NCBI GenBank assembly: GCA_046290465.1
Contig: JBKAGP010000001.1
Coordinates: forward strand, 4,256,001 to 4,320,000
Origin: Planctomycetota bacterium
Lineage (GTDB): Bacteria; Planctomycetota; UBA1135; UBA2386
DNA: 64,000 nucleotides
Reading direction: 5' to 3'
Of this stretch, positions 1 to 9,672 are shown piece after piece (position 1 is the stretch's first letter; each line of letters begins with the position of its first letter). Below the pieces are notes generated by a model. The model worked only from the letters and a program-made list of their open reading frames with translations, was not told the origin of the DNA and searched no databases. Position numbers and translations under genes: made by a program.

Positions 1-1
1 C

Positions 2-1426
2 GATCCCGAGCGCAACACGCGCGCCAACGGTCCCGACCCGGGTCGCGAGGACGACCGCGAGTTCTGGATCGCCGACGAGAACGCCCGCGAGGTGGTGCAG
101 TGGGACCGACTGCGCGGCACCGCGCGGGTGCTGGCGGCGCCGGCGCGCATGGTGGTGCTGCACGACAAGGAGCAGGGCATCACCAGCTACGAGGCGCTGA
201 TCCCGTGGAGCGAGATCCTGCCGCCCGGCAAACAGGCGAGCCCCGGTCAGGTCCTCGACCTGCAGATCGTGCTCAACGACTTCGACGAGAAGACCGACAG
301 CATGGCGCAGACGCGGATCGGCTGGACGTTCGGGATCGGCCCGGTCGTCGACCCGGGTCTGCTCGGCAGCCTGATGCTGTGCAAGGACGACCTGGCGCTG
401 CGGGGCGTGGTGCCGGAGTTTCCGCCGAAGCCGGCGGTCAAGCGCGCGCCGGTGGAGCCGCCGGAGTACTGGCGGGAGCTGACCGCCGAACTGTTGCGTC
501 GGCCGCCGGCGGTCTACGACGGCAAGGTCACCCCGCAGGAGACCGGCGGGCTCGAGCGCCTGAAGGTGCTCGAGAAGATCGACCAGCACGCCGAGCGCAT
601 GCCGCGCGTCGACTGGCTCGAACTGCACCAGCGCATCAACCGTCGGATGACGCGCGAGGTCGCCGGCCTGACCGGCCGCGGCCTGCCGATGTGGTGGCGC
701 GAGCGCATGCACGCGATCTCCAAGCAGGGCGAGGACCCCGTTCCGGCCGGCGCGATGCGCCTGTTCCGGCTGCCAGCGGGCGGCTGGCTGCTGCGCACCA
801 ACCGCAAGAACATGCTGATCGATCCGGCCGGCCCGGACGTGCAGCACTGGCTGTGGGGCGGTGCCGAGGCGTGCATCCTGACGCAGCCGCTGACGATGAC
901 GCGCCGCAACGACGAGCTGCTGCTGCGCATGTTCACGTCCAAGCCGGTGCGGCCGGTGCTGGCGCACATCGTGTTCCACCTGCCGGTGGTCGCGATGGAG
1001 AAGATGCCGCTGGTCGAGCTCGGCCAGACCATCGGTGAGAAGACCGATGTCGCCGTGCAGGCGCTCGGCGCGGCGCTGCCGGACGGCGGCGTCCCGTACG
1101 ACTGCAGCTACCGCATCGATATCGAAGGCAGCCCGCAGCTGCTGTTCGCCGGCCCGACGCTGAAGCCGAACGCGGTCGACGAGACCTGGAAGGTCGACGT
1201 GATGATCGTGTCGGCGCGCAACCGGGCGGTCGTCGAGCTCGTCAACAAGGTCAAGCCGGGCCTGGTGCTGTTCGACGACGCGTTCGTGCCGCAGGAGCAG
1301 GCGAAGACGCAGCGCGTCCGCCTCGAGAACCTGCACGCACTGCAGCGGTTGCTGCTGCCGCACCGCTCGGTCGTGCTGGCGCCCGGCGAATCGTGGACGG
1401 TGCGATCGGATCCCGATCGCAAGTAG
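2..1426 (+). CDS. 5'-truncated protein: CBM9/DOMON-like sugar-binding domain plus degenerate metallo-beta-lactamase-fold C-terminus
   Basis: Frame is open from position 2. YEALIPWSEI...LDLQIVLNDFD resembles the end of CBM9. GWLLRT..NMLIDP resembles the start of an MBL fold, but HxHxDH is absent. Confidence 0.5.
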   Translation, partial: DPERNTRANGPDPGREDDREFWIADENAREVVQWDRLRGTARVLAAPARMVVLHDKEQGITSYEALIPWSEILPPGKQASPGQVLDLQIVLNDFDEKTDSMAQTRIGWTFGIGPVVDPGLLGSLMLCKDDLALRGVVPEFPPKPAVKRAPVEPPEYWRELTAELLRRPPAVYDGKVTPQETGGLERLKVLEKIDQHAERMPRVDWLELHQRINRRMTREVAGLTGRGLPMWWRERMHAISKQGEDPVPAGAMRLFRLPAGGWLLRTNRKNMLIDPAGPDVQHWLWGGAEACILTQPLTMTRRNDELLLRMFTSKPVRPVLAHIVFHLPVVAMEKMPLVELGQTIGEKTDVAVQALGAALPDGGVPYDCSYRIDIEGSPQLLFAGPTLKPNAVDETWKVDVMIVSARNRAVVELVNKVKPGLVLFDDAFVPQEQAKTQRVRLENLHALQRLLLPHRSVVLAPGESWTVRSDPDRK

Positions 1427-1557
1427 CGCTGTGGGCACGATTGCAGATGTTCGCACATTTCTGATTGTGGTCGTATGAGATAGGTATCAACATGTCTGCC
1501 ATATGGCGCGCCGCGTGTTAGCGGCACGCAGACCTGTTTTCAGCGACGGACCCCCAC

Positions 1558-1947
1558 ATGGCAGCCAAGAAGGCCAACCCCGGCTTTGCGTTCATCCTCG
1601 AGTTCCTCAAGAAGAACCCGAAGGCCACCTACCAGGAGATGGCCGCGGCCGCGGCCAAGAAGAAGCTCAAGGTCTTCCCGATCATGTGGGGCCGCGCCCA
1701 GGCGATGCTCGGCATCGTCAAGCAGGCGCCGCGCGGCAAGGGCAAGGCGGCCAAGGCGAAGGCCGTGAAGGCGGCCGGCGTCGCCAAGCGCGGGCCGGGT
1801 CGGCCGCGCAAGGCCGCCGCGCCGGCGCTCGACGGCTCGCTCGACAGCATCGTCGCGGCCGTCAAGAGCAGCGAGGAGGCGAAGGCCCGCTACCGGGGTG
1901 CGCTGGAGCAGATCCAGGCGATCCTGAACGACGTGCTCGCCGACTAG
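1558..1947 (+). CDS. small basic Lys/Ala-rich protein with AT-hook, putative nucleoid-associated DNA-binding protein
   Basis: 129 aa, KRGPGRPRK AT-hook, K/A-rich linker, C-terminal helix, strongly G/C-ending codons. Confidence 0.65.
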   Translation: MAAKKANPGFAFILEFLKKNPKATYQEMAAAAAKKKLKVFPIMWGRAQAMLGIVKQAPRGKGKAAKAKAVKAAGVAKRGPGRPRKAAAPALDGSLDSIVAAVKSSEEAKARYRGALEQIQAILNDVLAD

Positions 1948-2113
1948 GAGCGCGTCCATCTAGTGGACGCGCTGCCAACCGTGATCGCGGAAGCGGCGTG
2001 TACGCGTGCGGACGGGGCTTTGCCCGCTAGGAGCGCGTCCATCTCGTGGACGCGCTGCCAACCGTGATCACGGAAGAGGCGTGTACGCGTGCGGACGGGG
2101 CTTTGCCCGCTAG
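1944..2113. repeat. two tandem 83-bp units, each starting CTAG and containing a palindromic hairpin (REP-like)
   Basis: Units 1944-2026 and 2027-2109 differ at 3 nt, with a third CTAG at 2110-2113. Hairpin AGCGCGTCCA-n5-TGGACGCGCT. Lies between convergent genes. Confidence 0.9.
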
Positions 2114-2158
2114 CCGGTCGGTCGCTCGGCCGATCAGGTAGCTCAGCCGACCGGTCGC

Positions 2159-3046
2159 TCAGCCGATGAGGCTGCGCCAGTGTGGCCCGTCGCGTTCGAC
2201 CAGGCGCCGCTGCAGATGCTCGCCGAACAGCGGCAGCAGCTGCGCGGTCGACGGCGCCGCGCCGAGTTCGCGCCCATCGAGGTGCGTGACCGGCGACATG
2301 TCGCGCAGCGTGCTGCAGAGGAACATCTCTTCGGCCGACTCCAGGTCGGCCCGCGTCAGGGTGCGTTCTTCGACCCGTTCGCCGACGGTCGGCAGGAACT
2401 CGAGCAGCATGCCGCGGGTGATGCCCGCCAGGATGCCGGCCGCGAGCGGCGGCGTGCACCAGACGCCGTCCCGCCGCACGAACAGGTTCGACGTCGAGGC
2501 CTCGGTCACCGAGCCGTCGGTGTTGAGCATCACGCAGTCGGTCGCGCCGCGGGCTTTGGCCTCGGCGAGGCCGAGCACGTTGTTGAGGTAGTTGCCGCTC
2601 TTGGCCGCCGGGTCGAGCGCGCGCCGGTCGTTGCGCAGCCGCTCCACCAATCCCAGGTGCACCGGCTTGCCGGTGGCCAGCGTCAGCGGCCGCACCAGCA
2701 CGACCCAGCACGGCGGCTGGTTGGCGTAGGCCAGGTCGATGTTGGGGGCGTCGCCGGTGCCGCGTGTGACCACGATGCGCACGTAACTGTCGCCGTGGTC
2801 GGCCGCCTCGAGGGTCGCCTGGACCCTCTGCGCGACGGTCGCCTCGTCCAGGTCCAGCGCCATCATCAGCCCGGCCGCGGAGGCCTCCAGGCGGGCCCAG
2901 TGCTCGATCCACGCCAGCGGCACGCCGTCGTGCGTTCGGACCACCTCGTAGATCGAGTCGCCGAACAGGAAGCCCCGGTCGAGCACGGGGATGCGACCGT
3001 CGGCCTCGGAAGTGATCGCACCGTCGACATTGCACAGGTTCGCCAT
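2159..3046 (-). CDS. class IV PLP aminotransferase (branched-chain/D-amino acid aminotransferase or ADC-lyase family)
   Basis: DRGFLFGDSIYE, AKSGNYL (catalytic Lys), EASTSNLF, LAGITR; start set at MANLCN. Confidence 0.9.
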   Translation of the reverse strand: MANLCNVDGAITSEADGRIPVLDRGFLFGDSIYEVVRTHDGVPLAWIEHWARLEASAAGLMMALDLDEATVAQRVQATLEAADHGDSYVRIVVTRGTGDAPNIDLAYANQPPCWVVLVRPLTLATGKPVHLGLVERLRNDRRALDPAAKSGNYLNNVLGLAEAKARGATDCVMLNTDGSVTEASTSNLFVRRDGVWCTPPLAAGILAGITRGMLLEFLPTVGERVEERTLTRADLESAEEMFLCSTLRDMSPVTHLDGRELGAAPSTAQLLPLFGEHLQRRLVERDGPHWRSLIG

Positions 3047-3056
3047 GAGGCCGCGG

Positions 3057-3066
3057 ATGGTAAGCT
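3057..3066. promoter_or_regulatory. candidate bidirectional promoter: overlapping -10 hexamers TAAGCT (+) and TACCAT (-)
   Basis: Only 31 bp separate two divergent start codons. ATGGTAAGCT holds both hexamers, and the + one has an extended TG. Confidence 0.45.
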
Positions 3067-3077
3067 CGGTTGCCTGC

Positions 3078-4535
3078 ATGTGTGGCTTCATCTCGATCTT
3101 TGGACCTCCTGAATCCGACACGATCCAGGACGTCATCAATGGCCTCGTCGCCATCCAACACCGCGGGCAGGATGCTGCCGGCGCCGTCTCCTTCCACGAC
3201 AAGTTCCAGGCGAAGAAGGGCCTGGGCCTGGTCCGCGAGGTCTTCGAAGAGAAGCACCTTCAGCGCTTGCGCGGCAACCTGAGCGTCGGCCACGTTCGCT
3301 ACCCGACGGTGGGCCTCGGCGAGGACACCGACGTGCAGCCGTTCTGGCTGGAGTATCCGGTGGGCGTCGCGATGGCGCACAACGGCAACGTCACCAACTT
3401 CCACGAACTCAAGCGCACCTACTTCCAGCGGCGCAACATCCCGCTCGGTAGCAACTGCGACCTCGAGGTCGTGCTCTACGTGTTCGCCGACGCGCTGATG
3501 CGCCGCGGTGTCGATCCGATCGGCATCGACAACGTCGAGGCCGGCGTTGCCGAGGTCTACGAGAAGGTCAAGGGCGCCTACAGCGTCGTCGGCATCACCA
3601 GCGACGGCATGTATGCGTTCCGCGATCCGTTCGGCATCAAGCCGTGCATCTTCGGCAAGAAGGAGACCGACGAGGGCACCTATTACGCGGTCGCCAGCGA
3701 GTCGGTCGTGCTCGACGTCGCCGGCTACGAGATCGTGCGCGACCTCGACGCCGGCGAGATGCTGTGGATCGGGCCGGACCGCGTGCCGCAGTTCCGCAAG
3801 GTCAGCAAGCAGCCGCACCGCCCCTGCATCTTCGAATACGTCTACTTCGCGCGGCCGGACACGTTCCTGGACGGCACCTCGGTCTACGAGGCGCGCCTGG
3901 AGATGGGGCGCCGGATGGCGCACCGGTTCCAGGAGACCGGCCTCGAGGCCGACGTCGTGATCCCGGTGCCCGAGTCGGCGCGCACGGCGGCGCAGACGAT
4001 GGCCGAGGAGCTCGGCCTCCGCTGCCGCGAGGGCTTCGTCAAGAACCGCTACGTCGGCCGCACGTTCATCATGCCCAACGACCAGGCGCGCCAGGCGACG
4101 ATCCGCGCCAAGCTCAACCCGATCCGTTCGGAGTTCGAGGGCAAGCGCGTGATCATCATGGACGACTCGATCGTGCGCGGGAACACCAGCCGGCACATGG
4201 TCAAGATCGCGCGCGAGATGGGCGCCGCGAAGGTCTACTTCGCCAGCTACTCGCCGCCGCTGAAGTTCCCGTGCTTCTACGGCATCGACATGTCGTCCAA
4301 GCGCGACTTCATCGCGCGCGACCGCACCGACGAGATGATCGCCAAGGAGATCGGCGCCGACGCTGTCGTCTGCCAGTCCGTCGAGCAGATGGAGGACGCG
4401 GTGCGCGCCGCCGGCAACCAGGACCTGCAGTTCTGCAAGGGCTGCTTCGAGGGCACCTACCCGACCGGCGACATCACCGACGAGATGATCGACGACATCG
4501 AGAAGGACCGGGTCGCGGCGGGCAGCGCGACCTAG
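3078..4535 (+). CDS. purF: amidophosphoribosyltransferase
   Basis: N-terminal MCG, QHRGQD, GHVRYPT, AHNGN, CIFEYVYFARPD, DDSIVRGNT PRPP motif. Confidence 0.97.
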   Translation: MCGFISIFGPPESDTIQDVINGLVAIQHRGQDAAGAVSFHDKFQAKKGLGLVREVFEEKHLQRLRGNLSVGHVRYPTVGLGEDTDVQPFWLEYPVGVAMAHNGNVTNFHELKRTYFQRRNIPLGSNCDLEVVLYVFADALMRRGVDPIGIDNVEAGVAEVYEKVKGAYSVVGITSDGMYAFRDPFGIKPCIFGKKETDEGTYYAVASESVVLDVAGYEIVRDLDAGEMLWIGPDRVPQFRKVSKQPHRPCIFEYVYFARPDTFLDGTSVYEARLEMGRRMAHRFQETGLEADVVIPVPESARTAAQTMAEELGLRCREGFVKNRYVGRTFIMPNDQARQATIRAKLNPIRSEFEGKRVIIMDDSIVRGNTSRHMVKIAREMGAAKVYFASYSPPLKFPCFYGIDMSSKRDFIARDRTDEMIAKEIGADAVVCQSVEQMEDAVRAAGNQDLQFCKGCFEGTYPTGDITDEMIDDIEKDRVAAGSAT

Positions 4536-4659
4536 GCACCCGGTTCGGGCGGCCGGCAGCAGGAATCGCTTGCCTGGCCGCCCCCTGCGGCGTAGGTCGT
4601 CGGCTTGATCCACCCGGTGTGCACTGTGCCCCGGGTCCGTCGATCGCCCGACCCAAGCC

Positions 4660-4905
4660 ATGATCCAGCTCTACTTCGACCCCGCGTGCCCCTTTTGCGC
4701 GCGCGTCCTCGACCACCTCGAGACCCACGGTATCGCCTACGAGAAGAAGCAGATCTCGCTGCGCGCCGACTCGGAGACCAAGCAGGAGCTGGTCGCGCTC
4801 GGTGGCAAGGGGCAGGTGCCGTTCCTCAACGATCCGGAGCGCAATGTGCGGATGTACGAGAGCGCGGACATCATCGCCTACGTCGACGAGCACTACCGCG
4901 GGTAG
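4660..4905 (+). CDS. glutaredoxin / GST N-terminal domain protein
   Basis: CPFC active site, GGKGQVPFL, MYESADIIAY. Confidence 0.88.
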   Translation: MIQLYFDPACPFCARVLDHLETHGIAYEKKQISLRADSETKQELVALGGKGQVPFLNDPERNVRMYESADIIAYVDEHYRG

Positions 4906-4914
4906 GCTCGGGAC

Positions 4915-5874
4915 GTGAACGACACCACCTCGCCGCCGGCGCTGCGCATCCGCGGGCTCAGCAAGACCTACGGCAACGGCGTCCAGGCGCTGAAGGGGAT
5001 CGATCTGGAGGTCGCCGGCGGCGAGTTCTTCGGACTGCTCGGTCCCAACGGCGCCGGCAAGTCGACGACGATCGGGATCGTCACGTCGCTCGTCAATCGC
5101 AGCGGCGGTTCGATCGAGGTGTTCGGCATCGACACCGAGAAGGACCTCGAGGGCGCCAAGCGGCTGATCGGGATCGTGCCGCAGGAGCTCAACATCAACC
5201 AGTTCGAGCAGCCGCTGCACATCGTCGCGCAGCAGGCCGGCTACTACGGCGTGCCGTGGCGCGAGGCGCGCGAACGTGCCGAGGAGTGCCTGCGCTGGAT
5301 GGGGCTGTGGGACAAGCGCTCGGCGATGGCGCGGTCGCTGTCCGGCGGCATGAAGCGCCGGCTGATGATCGCGCGCGCGCTGGTGCACGGGCCGCGACTG
5401 CTGATCCTCGACGAGCCGACCGCCGGCGTCGACATCGAAATCCGGCGCGCGACTTGGGAGCTGCTCGAGGAGATCAACGCGGCCGGCACGACGATCATCC
5501 TGACGACGCACTACCTCGAGGAGGCCGAGGCGCTGTGTCGCCGCATCGCGATCATCGACGGTGGCGAGATCGTGCAGAACACCGACACCCGCTCGCTGCT
5601 GGCGCAGCTGGCGACCGAGACGTTCGTGTTGGATCCCAAGACGCCGCTGGATCGCGCGCCGGAGCTCGGCGGGTTCGCGACGCGGCTGCGCGACGACGGG
5701 TCGTTCGAGGTCGAGCTGGCGCGCACGTCGAGCGTCAACGAGCTGTTCCGCGCGCTCGAGCAGAACGGCATCGAGGTGGCTTCGATGCGCAACAAGGCCA
5801 ACCGGCTCGAGGAGCTGTTCCTGCGCCTGGTCGAGTCCAAGGACGGCGCCAGCGCCGCGGAGGTGACGTCGTGA
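4915..5874 (+). CDS. ABC-2 type transporter ATP-binding subunit (YadG-like)
   Basis: GPNGAGKST, LSGGMKRR, LDEPTAGVD, TTHYLEEAE. Confidence 0.93.
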   Translation: MNDTTSPPALRIRGLSKTYGNGVQALKGIDLEVAGGEFFGLLGPNGAGKSTTIGIVTSLVNRSGGSIEVFGIDTEKDLEGAKRLIGIVPQELNINQFEQPLHIVAQQAGYYGVPWREARERAEECLRWMGLWDKRSAMARSLSGGMKRRLMIARALVHGPRLLILDEPTAGVDIEIRRATWELLEEINAAGTTIILTTHYLEEAEALCRRIAIIDGGEIVQNTDTRSLLAQLATETFVLDPKTPLDRAPELGGFATRLRDDGSFEVELARTSSVNELFRALEQNGIEVASMRNKANRLEELFLRLVESKDGASAAEVTS

Positions 5875-6710
5875 GCGCTGCCGATGCCGGACGTAGGCGC
5901 ATGGACATGCTGCGGCCGGTCGCCGACGGTGGCCGCACGCGCTTCCAGGAGGGCTGGGTCGCGTTCGTGACCGTGGTCCGTCGCGAGATCCACCGCGTGC
6001 TGCGCATCTGGCCGCAGACGCTGCTGCCGCCGGTCATCACGACCAGCCTCTACTTCATCATCTTCGGGCCGGTGCTCGGCGATCGAATCGGGCAGATGGA
6101 GGGGTTCACGTACCTGCAGTACGTGACGCCGGGCCTGATCATGATGGCGGTGCTGACCAACTCGTACCAGAACGTCGTCTCGTCGCTGTTCGGAGCCAAG
6201 TTCCAGAGCCACATCGAGGAGATGCTGGTCTCGCCGATGTCCGGCCACGCGATCCTGCTCGGCTACGCGGTCGGCGGCGTGTTCCGCGGCCTCGCGATCG
6301 GACTGATCGTCGGGGTGGTGTCGGTGATGTTCGTCGACCTGCCGATCGCGCACCCGCTGTGGACGTTCGTGGTCGCGGTGCTGACCTCGGTCGCGTTCGC
6401 GTTCGGCGGCTTCATCAACGCGATGGTGGCGCGCAACTTCGACGACGTCTCGATCGTGCCGACGTTCGTGCTGACGCCGCTGACGATGCTCGGCGGCGTG
6501 TTCTACTCGGTCAACCTGCTCGGCGAGCCGTGGCAGACCGTCAGCTACCTCAACCCGATCCTCTACATGGTCAACGCCTTCCGGCACGCGATCCTGGGCA
6601 GCTCGGACCTGCCGATCTGGGTCGCGGGCGGGGTGCTGATGCTGTTCATCGTCGGCTTCTACCTGGCCGCCCTATCGATGCTGCGACGCGGCGTCGGCAT
6701 CCGGAGCTGA
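5871..6710 (+). CDS. ABC-2 type transporter permease (YadH-like)
   Basis: RIWPQTLLPPVITTSLYFIIFG, PGLIMM, NPILYMVNAFR; GTG start overlaps the upstream stop (alternative ATG at 5901). Confidence 0.9.
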   Translation: MSAADAGRRRMDMLRPVADGGRTRFQEGWVAFVTVVRREIHRVLRIWPQTLLPPVITTSLYFIIFGPVLGDRIGQMEGFTYLQYVTPGLIMMAVLTNSYQNVVSSLFGAKFQSHIEEMLVSPMSGHAILLGYAVGGVFRGLAIGLIVGVVSVMFVDLPIAHPLWTFVVAVLTSVAFAFGGFINAMVARNFDDVSIVPTFVLTPLTMLGGVFYSVNLLGEPWQTVSYLNPILYMVNAFRHAILGSSDLPIWVAGGVLMLFIVGFYLAALSMLRRGVGIRS

Positions 6711-6716
6711 ACGGAC

Positions 6717-7880
6717 ATGACGGACCTCCAACAGGACAACCTGCGGCTGCTCAAGAAGGGGCTCGAAGAGGAGGTCTACGTCGGCACCGCCGACGCCGAC
6801 ATCCAGCCGTTGTCGCACAAGATCGCCGCCGATCTGTGCGGCTTCGTGACCGAGCCGGACTCGCGCAACGTCGAGTACACGACGCCGCCCTACCGCAGCT
6901 ACGAGAGCATGCTGGGTCGGTTGATGACGCAGCGCTGCCGGCTGCGCCGCTACGTGCGCGCGCTCGGCGACTACACGCTGATCCCGGGCAGCACGCTGTC
7001 GCTGGAGGAGAACGACGACTTCGTCATCTCCAACCCCAACAACCCGTACTACCACTTCATCCGCGACACCTACGGCACCACGGTGGTGACCGCCAGCACG
7101 CACATCAACATCGGCATCCCCGATGCCGACCAGCTGATCGCGGCCTACCGCCTGCTGCGCGCCGAGGCGTCGATGTACCTGGCGCTGACGGCCAACTCGC
7201 CGTTCCTGCATGGCAAGCCGACCGGCGCGCATTCGACGCGCTGGCGGGTGTTCCCGCCGACGCCCAAGGTGACCCCGTTCTTCGTCGACCACGAGCACTT
7301 CCGCCGCTGGGTGCGCGAACAGCTCGCCGCCGGCACGATGTTCAACCCGCGCCACCTGTGGCTGGCGATCCGGCCCAACGGTGTCGGCACGCCCGACGAG
7401 ATCGAACGGCTGGAGCTGCGCATCTGCGACCGGATCACCAAGCCGCGCGACATCGCCGCGGTGGTCGCGTTGATGGAGGCGCGCGTCTGGCAGTCGCTGG
7501 AACAGGACGACCTCGATCCTCTGCAGGTGCGCACCGAGCAGGAGCTGCAGGAGATCTGCGCGAGCAACGAGCTCCGCGCCGCCGAGAAGAGCCTCGACGC
7601 GACGATCACCGATTGGCGCACCGGCAAGGACCTGCCGATGCGTGACTGGGTCGAGGGTTGCTGGCGCGGCTGCATGGTGACCGCGCAGGCTCACGGCTTC
7701 GCCGAGCACCTGGCGCCGCTCGAGGACCTGCTCGCCGAAGGCAACCTGTCGCAGCAGTGGCTGGCCCAGATCGAGGCCGGCCGCAGCCCGCGCGAGGTGC
7801 TGCGCGACGCGATCGTCGAGCTCACCGAGATCGACCGCGCCTACGATCCGGAGTGTCCGTCCGCCGACAAGACGACCTGA
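6717..7880 (+). CDS. gshA: glutamate--cysteine ligase, resembling the cyanobacterial-type GshA
   Basis: KGLEEEVYVG, FVTEPDSRNVEYTT, VVTASTHINIG, SPFLHG, HLWLAIRPNG, RLELRICD; immediately upstream of gshB. Confidence 0.88.
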   Translation: MTDLQQDNLRLLKKGLEEEVYVGTADADIQPLSHKIAADLCGFVTEPDSRNVEYTTPPYRSYESMLGRLMTQRCRLRRYVRALGDYTLIPGSTLSLEENDDFVISNPNNPYYHFIRDTYGTTVVTASTHINIGIPDADQLIAAYRLLRAEASMYLALTANSPFLHGKPTGAHSTRWRVFPPTPKVTPFFVDHEHFRRWVREQLAAGTMFNPRHLWLAIRPNGVGTPDEIERLELRICDRITKPRDIAAVVALMEARVWQSLEQDDLDPLQVRTEQELQEICASNELRAAEKSLDATITDWRTGKDLPMRDWVEGCWRGCMVTAQAHGFAEHLAPLEDLLAEGNLSQQWLAQIEAGRSPREVLRDAIVELTEIDRAYDPECPSADKTT

Positions 7881-7889
7881 GCCGAGGCC

Positions 7890-8828
7890 ATGCGACACCT
7901 CTTCATCCTCGATCCGCTCGACCTGCTGCACATCGAGTCCGACACGTCGATCGCATTCCTGCAGGAGGCGTGGCGGCGCGGCCATGTCGTCGAGACCTGC
8001 GGCATCGGCCAGCTCGGCCAGCGCGACGGGACGCCGTTCGCGCATGCCGTGGTCACGACGGCGGGCTCGGGGGACCGCTGGTACGCAGCTGCGCCGTCGC
8101 AGCGCGTCGCGCTGTCCGACTACGACGCGGTCTGGATGCGCAAGGACCCGCCGTTCGACGACGCCTACCTGTTCGCGACGCTGCTGATGTCGCGCGCCGC
8201 GGGGCCGGTGATGGTCAACGACCCGGCTGCGCTGCGCGACGAGAACGAAAAGCTGTTCGCGCTCGAGTTCCCCGAGCTGTGTCCGGCGACGCTGGTCAGC
8301 AGCCGCGTCGAGGAGCTGCTGGCGTTCCGCGACGAGATGGGTGGCCAGATGATCGTCAAGCCGCTCGACGGCAACGGCGGTCGCGGCGTGTTCCACGTCA
8401 CCAAGGGCGACCGCAACGCGCGTGCGATCGTCGAGGCCGGCACGCTCGAAGGTCGACGCCTGCTGATGGCGCAGCAATACGTGCCGGAGGTGCGCGACGG
8501 CGACAAGCGCATCATCCTGATCGAGGGAGAGCCCGCCGGGGCGGTGCTGCGCGTTCCGGCAGAGGACGAGGCGCGCGCCAACCTGCACGTCGGCGGCCGC
8601 GCCGAGAGCACGGCGCTCAGCGACCGCGAGCGCGAGATCTGCGCGCGCATCGGCCCGCGCCTGCGGGAGAAGGGCGTGATCTTCGCCGGCATCGACGTGC
8701 TCGGCGACTACCTGACCGAGATCAACATCACCAGCCCGACCGGCGTGCGCGAGATCGAGCGTCTCGACGGCACCCGGCTCGAGGCTCAGGTCCTGGACGC
8801 GGTCGAGGCGCGGCGGGCGGCGCGATGA
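7890..8828 (+). CDS. gshB: glutathione synthetase
   Basis: MRKDPPFD, NEKL, KPLDGNGGRGV, GDKRI, RANLHVGG, TEINITSPTG. Confidence 0.96.
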   Translation: MRHLFILDPLDLLHIESDTSIAFLQEAWRRGHVVETCGIGQLGQRDGTPFAHAVVTTAGSGDRWYAAAPSQRVALSDYDAVWMRKDPPFDDAYLFATLLMSRAAGPVMVNDPAALRDENEKLFALEFPELCPATLVSSRVEELLAFRDEMGGQMIVKPLDGNGGRGVFHVTKGDRNARAIVEAGTLEGRRLLMAQQYVPEVRDGDKRIILIEGEPAGAVLRVPAEDEARANLHVGGRAESTALSDREREICARIGPRLREKGVIFAGIDVLGDYLTEINITSPTGVREIERLDGTRLEAQVLDAVEARRAAR

Positions 8829-9610
8829 TCGTCGAGCGCGTCTGGGTCGGCAACCGGCTGCGCAACTACAACTACGTGGTCGCGTGCGGCGAGACCGGCG
8901 AGGCGCTGGCGATCGATCCGCTCGACCATGCGGCGTGCCTGCGCGTCGCCGAACGGCGCGGCTTCGAGATCACCCAGGTGCTCAACACGCACGAGCACCA
9001 CGACCACATCGGCGGCAATCGCGGCATCGTCGCGGCGACCGGCGCAAAGGTGCTGGCGCATCGCGACGCGCGGATCCCGGGCGTCGACCGCGGTGTCGGC
9101 GCCGGCGACGTGGTGCGCGTCGGTCGGACCATCGAGCTCGAGTGCCTCGACACGCCCGGCCACACGATGAGCCACGTCTGCCTGCTGGCGCACGCGCCGG
9201 AGGCGGCGCTGTTCTCCGGCGACACGCTGTTCAACGCCGGCGCCGGCAACTGCCACAACGGCGGCCACCCCGAGGTGCTCTACCGGACGTTCGCGCAGCA
9301 GCTCGAACGGCTCGACGCGGCGGCGAAGCTGTATCCGGGCCACGACTACCTGGCCGGCAACCTGCGGTTCACGCTGGATCGGGAGCCCGACAACGCGGCC
9401 GCGGCCGAGCTGCTGGCGGCCGTCGACGGCCGCGACGGTCCCGACGCGCCGGTGCTGACGCTCGGTCAGGAGAAGGCGATCAACACGTTCTTCCGGCTGC
9501 GCAGCCCGTCGGTCGTCGCGGCGCTGCGGCGGTCGTTCGCCGACCTGCCCGCGGATCCGAGCGACGAGGACGTCTTCCTGCGGCTTCGGGAGCTCCGCAA
9601 CCGCTGGTAG
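8825..9610 (+). CDS. gloB: hydroxyacylglutathione hydrolase (glyoxalase II)
   Basis: THEHHDHIGG, TPGHT, SGDTLF, PGHDY, EKAINTF, LRELRNRW; ATGA overlap with gshB. Confidence 0.9.
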   Translation: MIVERVWVGNRLRNYNYVVACGETGEALAIDPLDHAACLRVAERRGFEITQVLNTHEHHDHIGGNRGIVAATGAKVLAHRDARIPGVDRGVGAGDVVRVGRTIELECLDTPGHTMSHVCLLAHAPEAALFSGDTLFNAGAGNCHNGGHPEVLYRTFAQQLERLDAAAKLYPGHDYLAGNLRFTLDREPDNAAAAELLAAVDGRDGPDAPVLTLGQEKAINTFFRLRSPSVVAALRRSFADLPADPSDEDVFLRLRELRNRW

Positions 9611-9672
9611 GTGGCGGTCCTGGGACGCCTTCCTTGCGGATCGGGCAGGCTCGGCCTAGCTTTCCGCCCCCG

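Noticed and set aside
1944..2113. CRISPR mini-array
   Set aside because: The sequences between the palindromes are near-identical copies rather than unique spacers.
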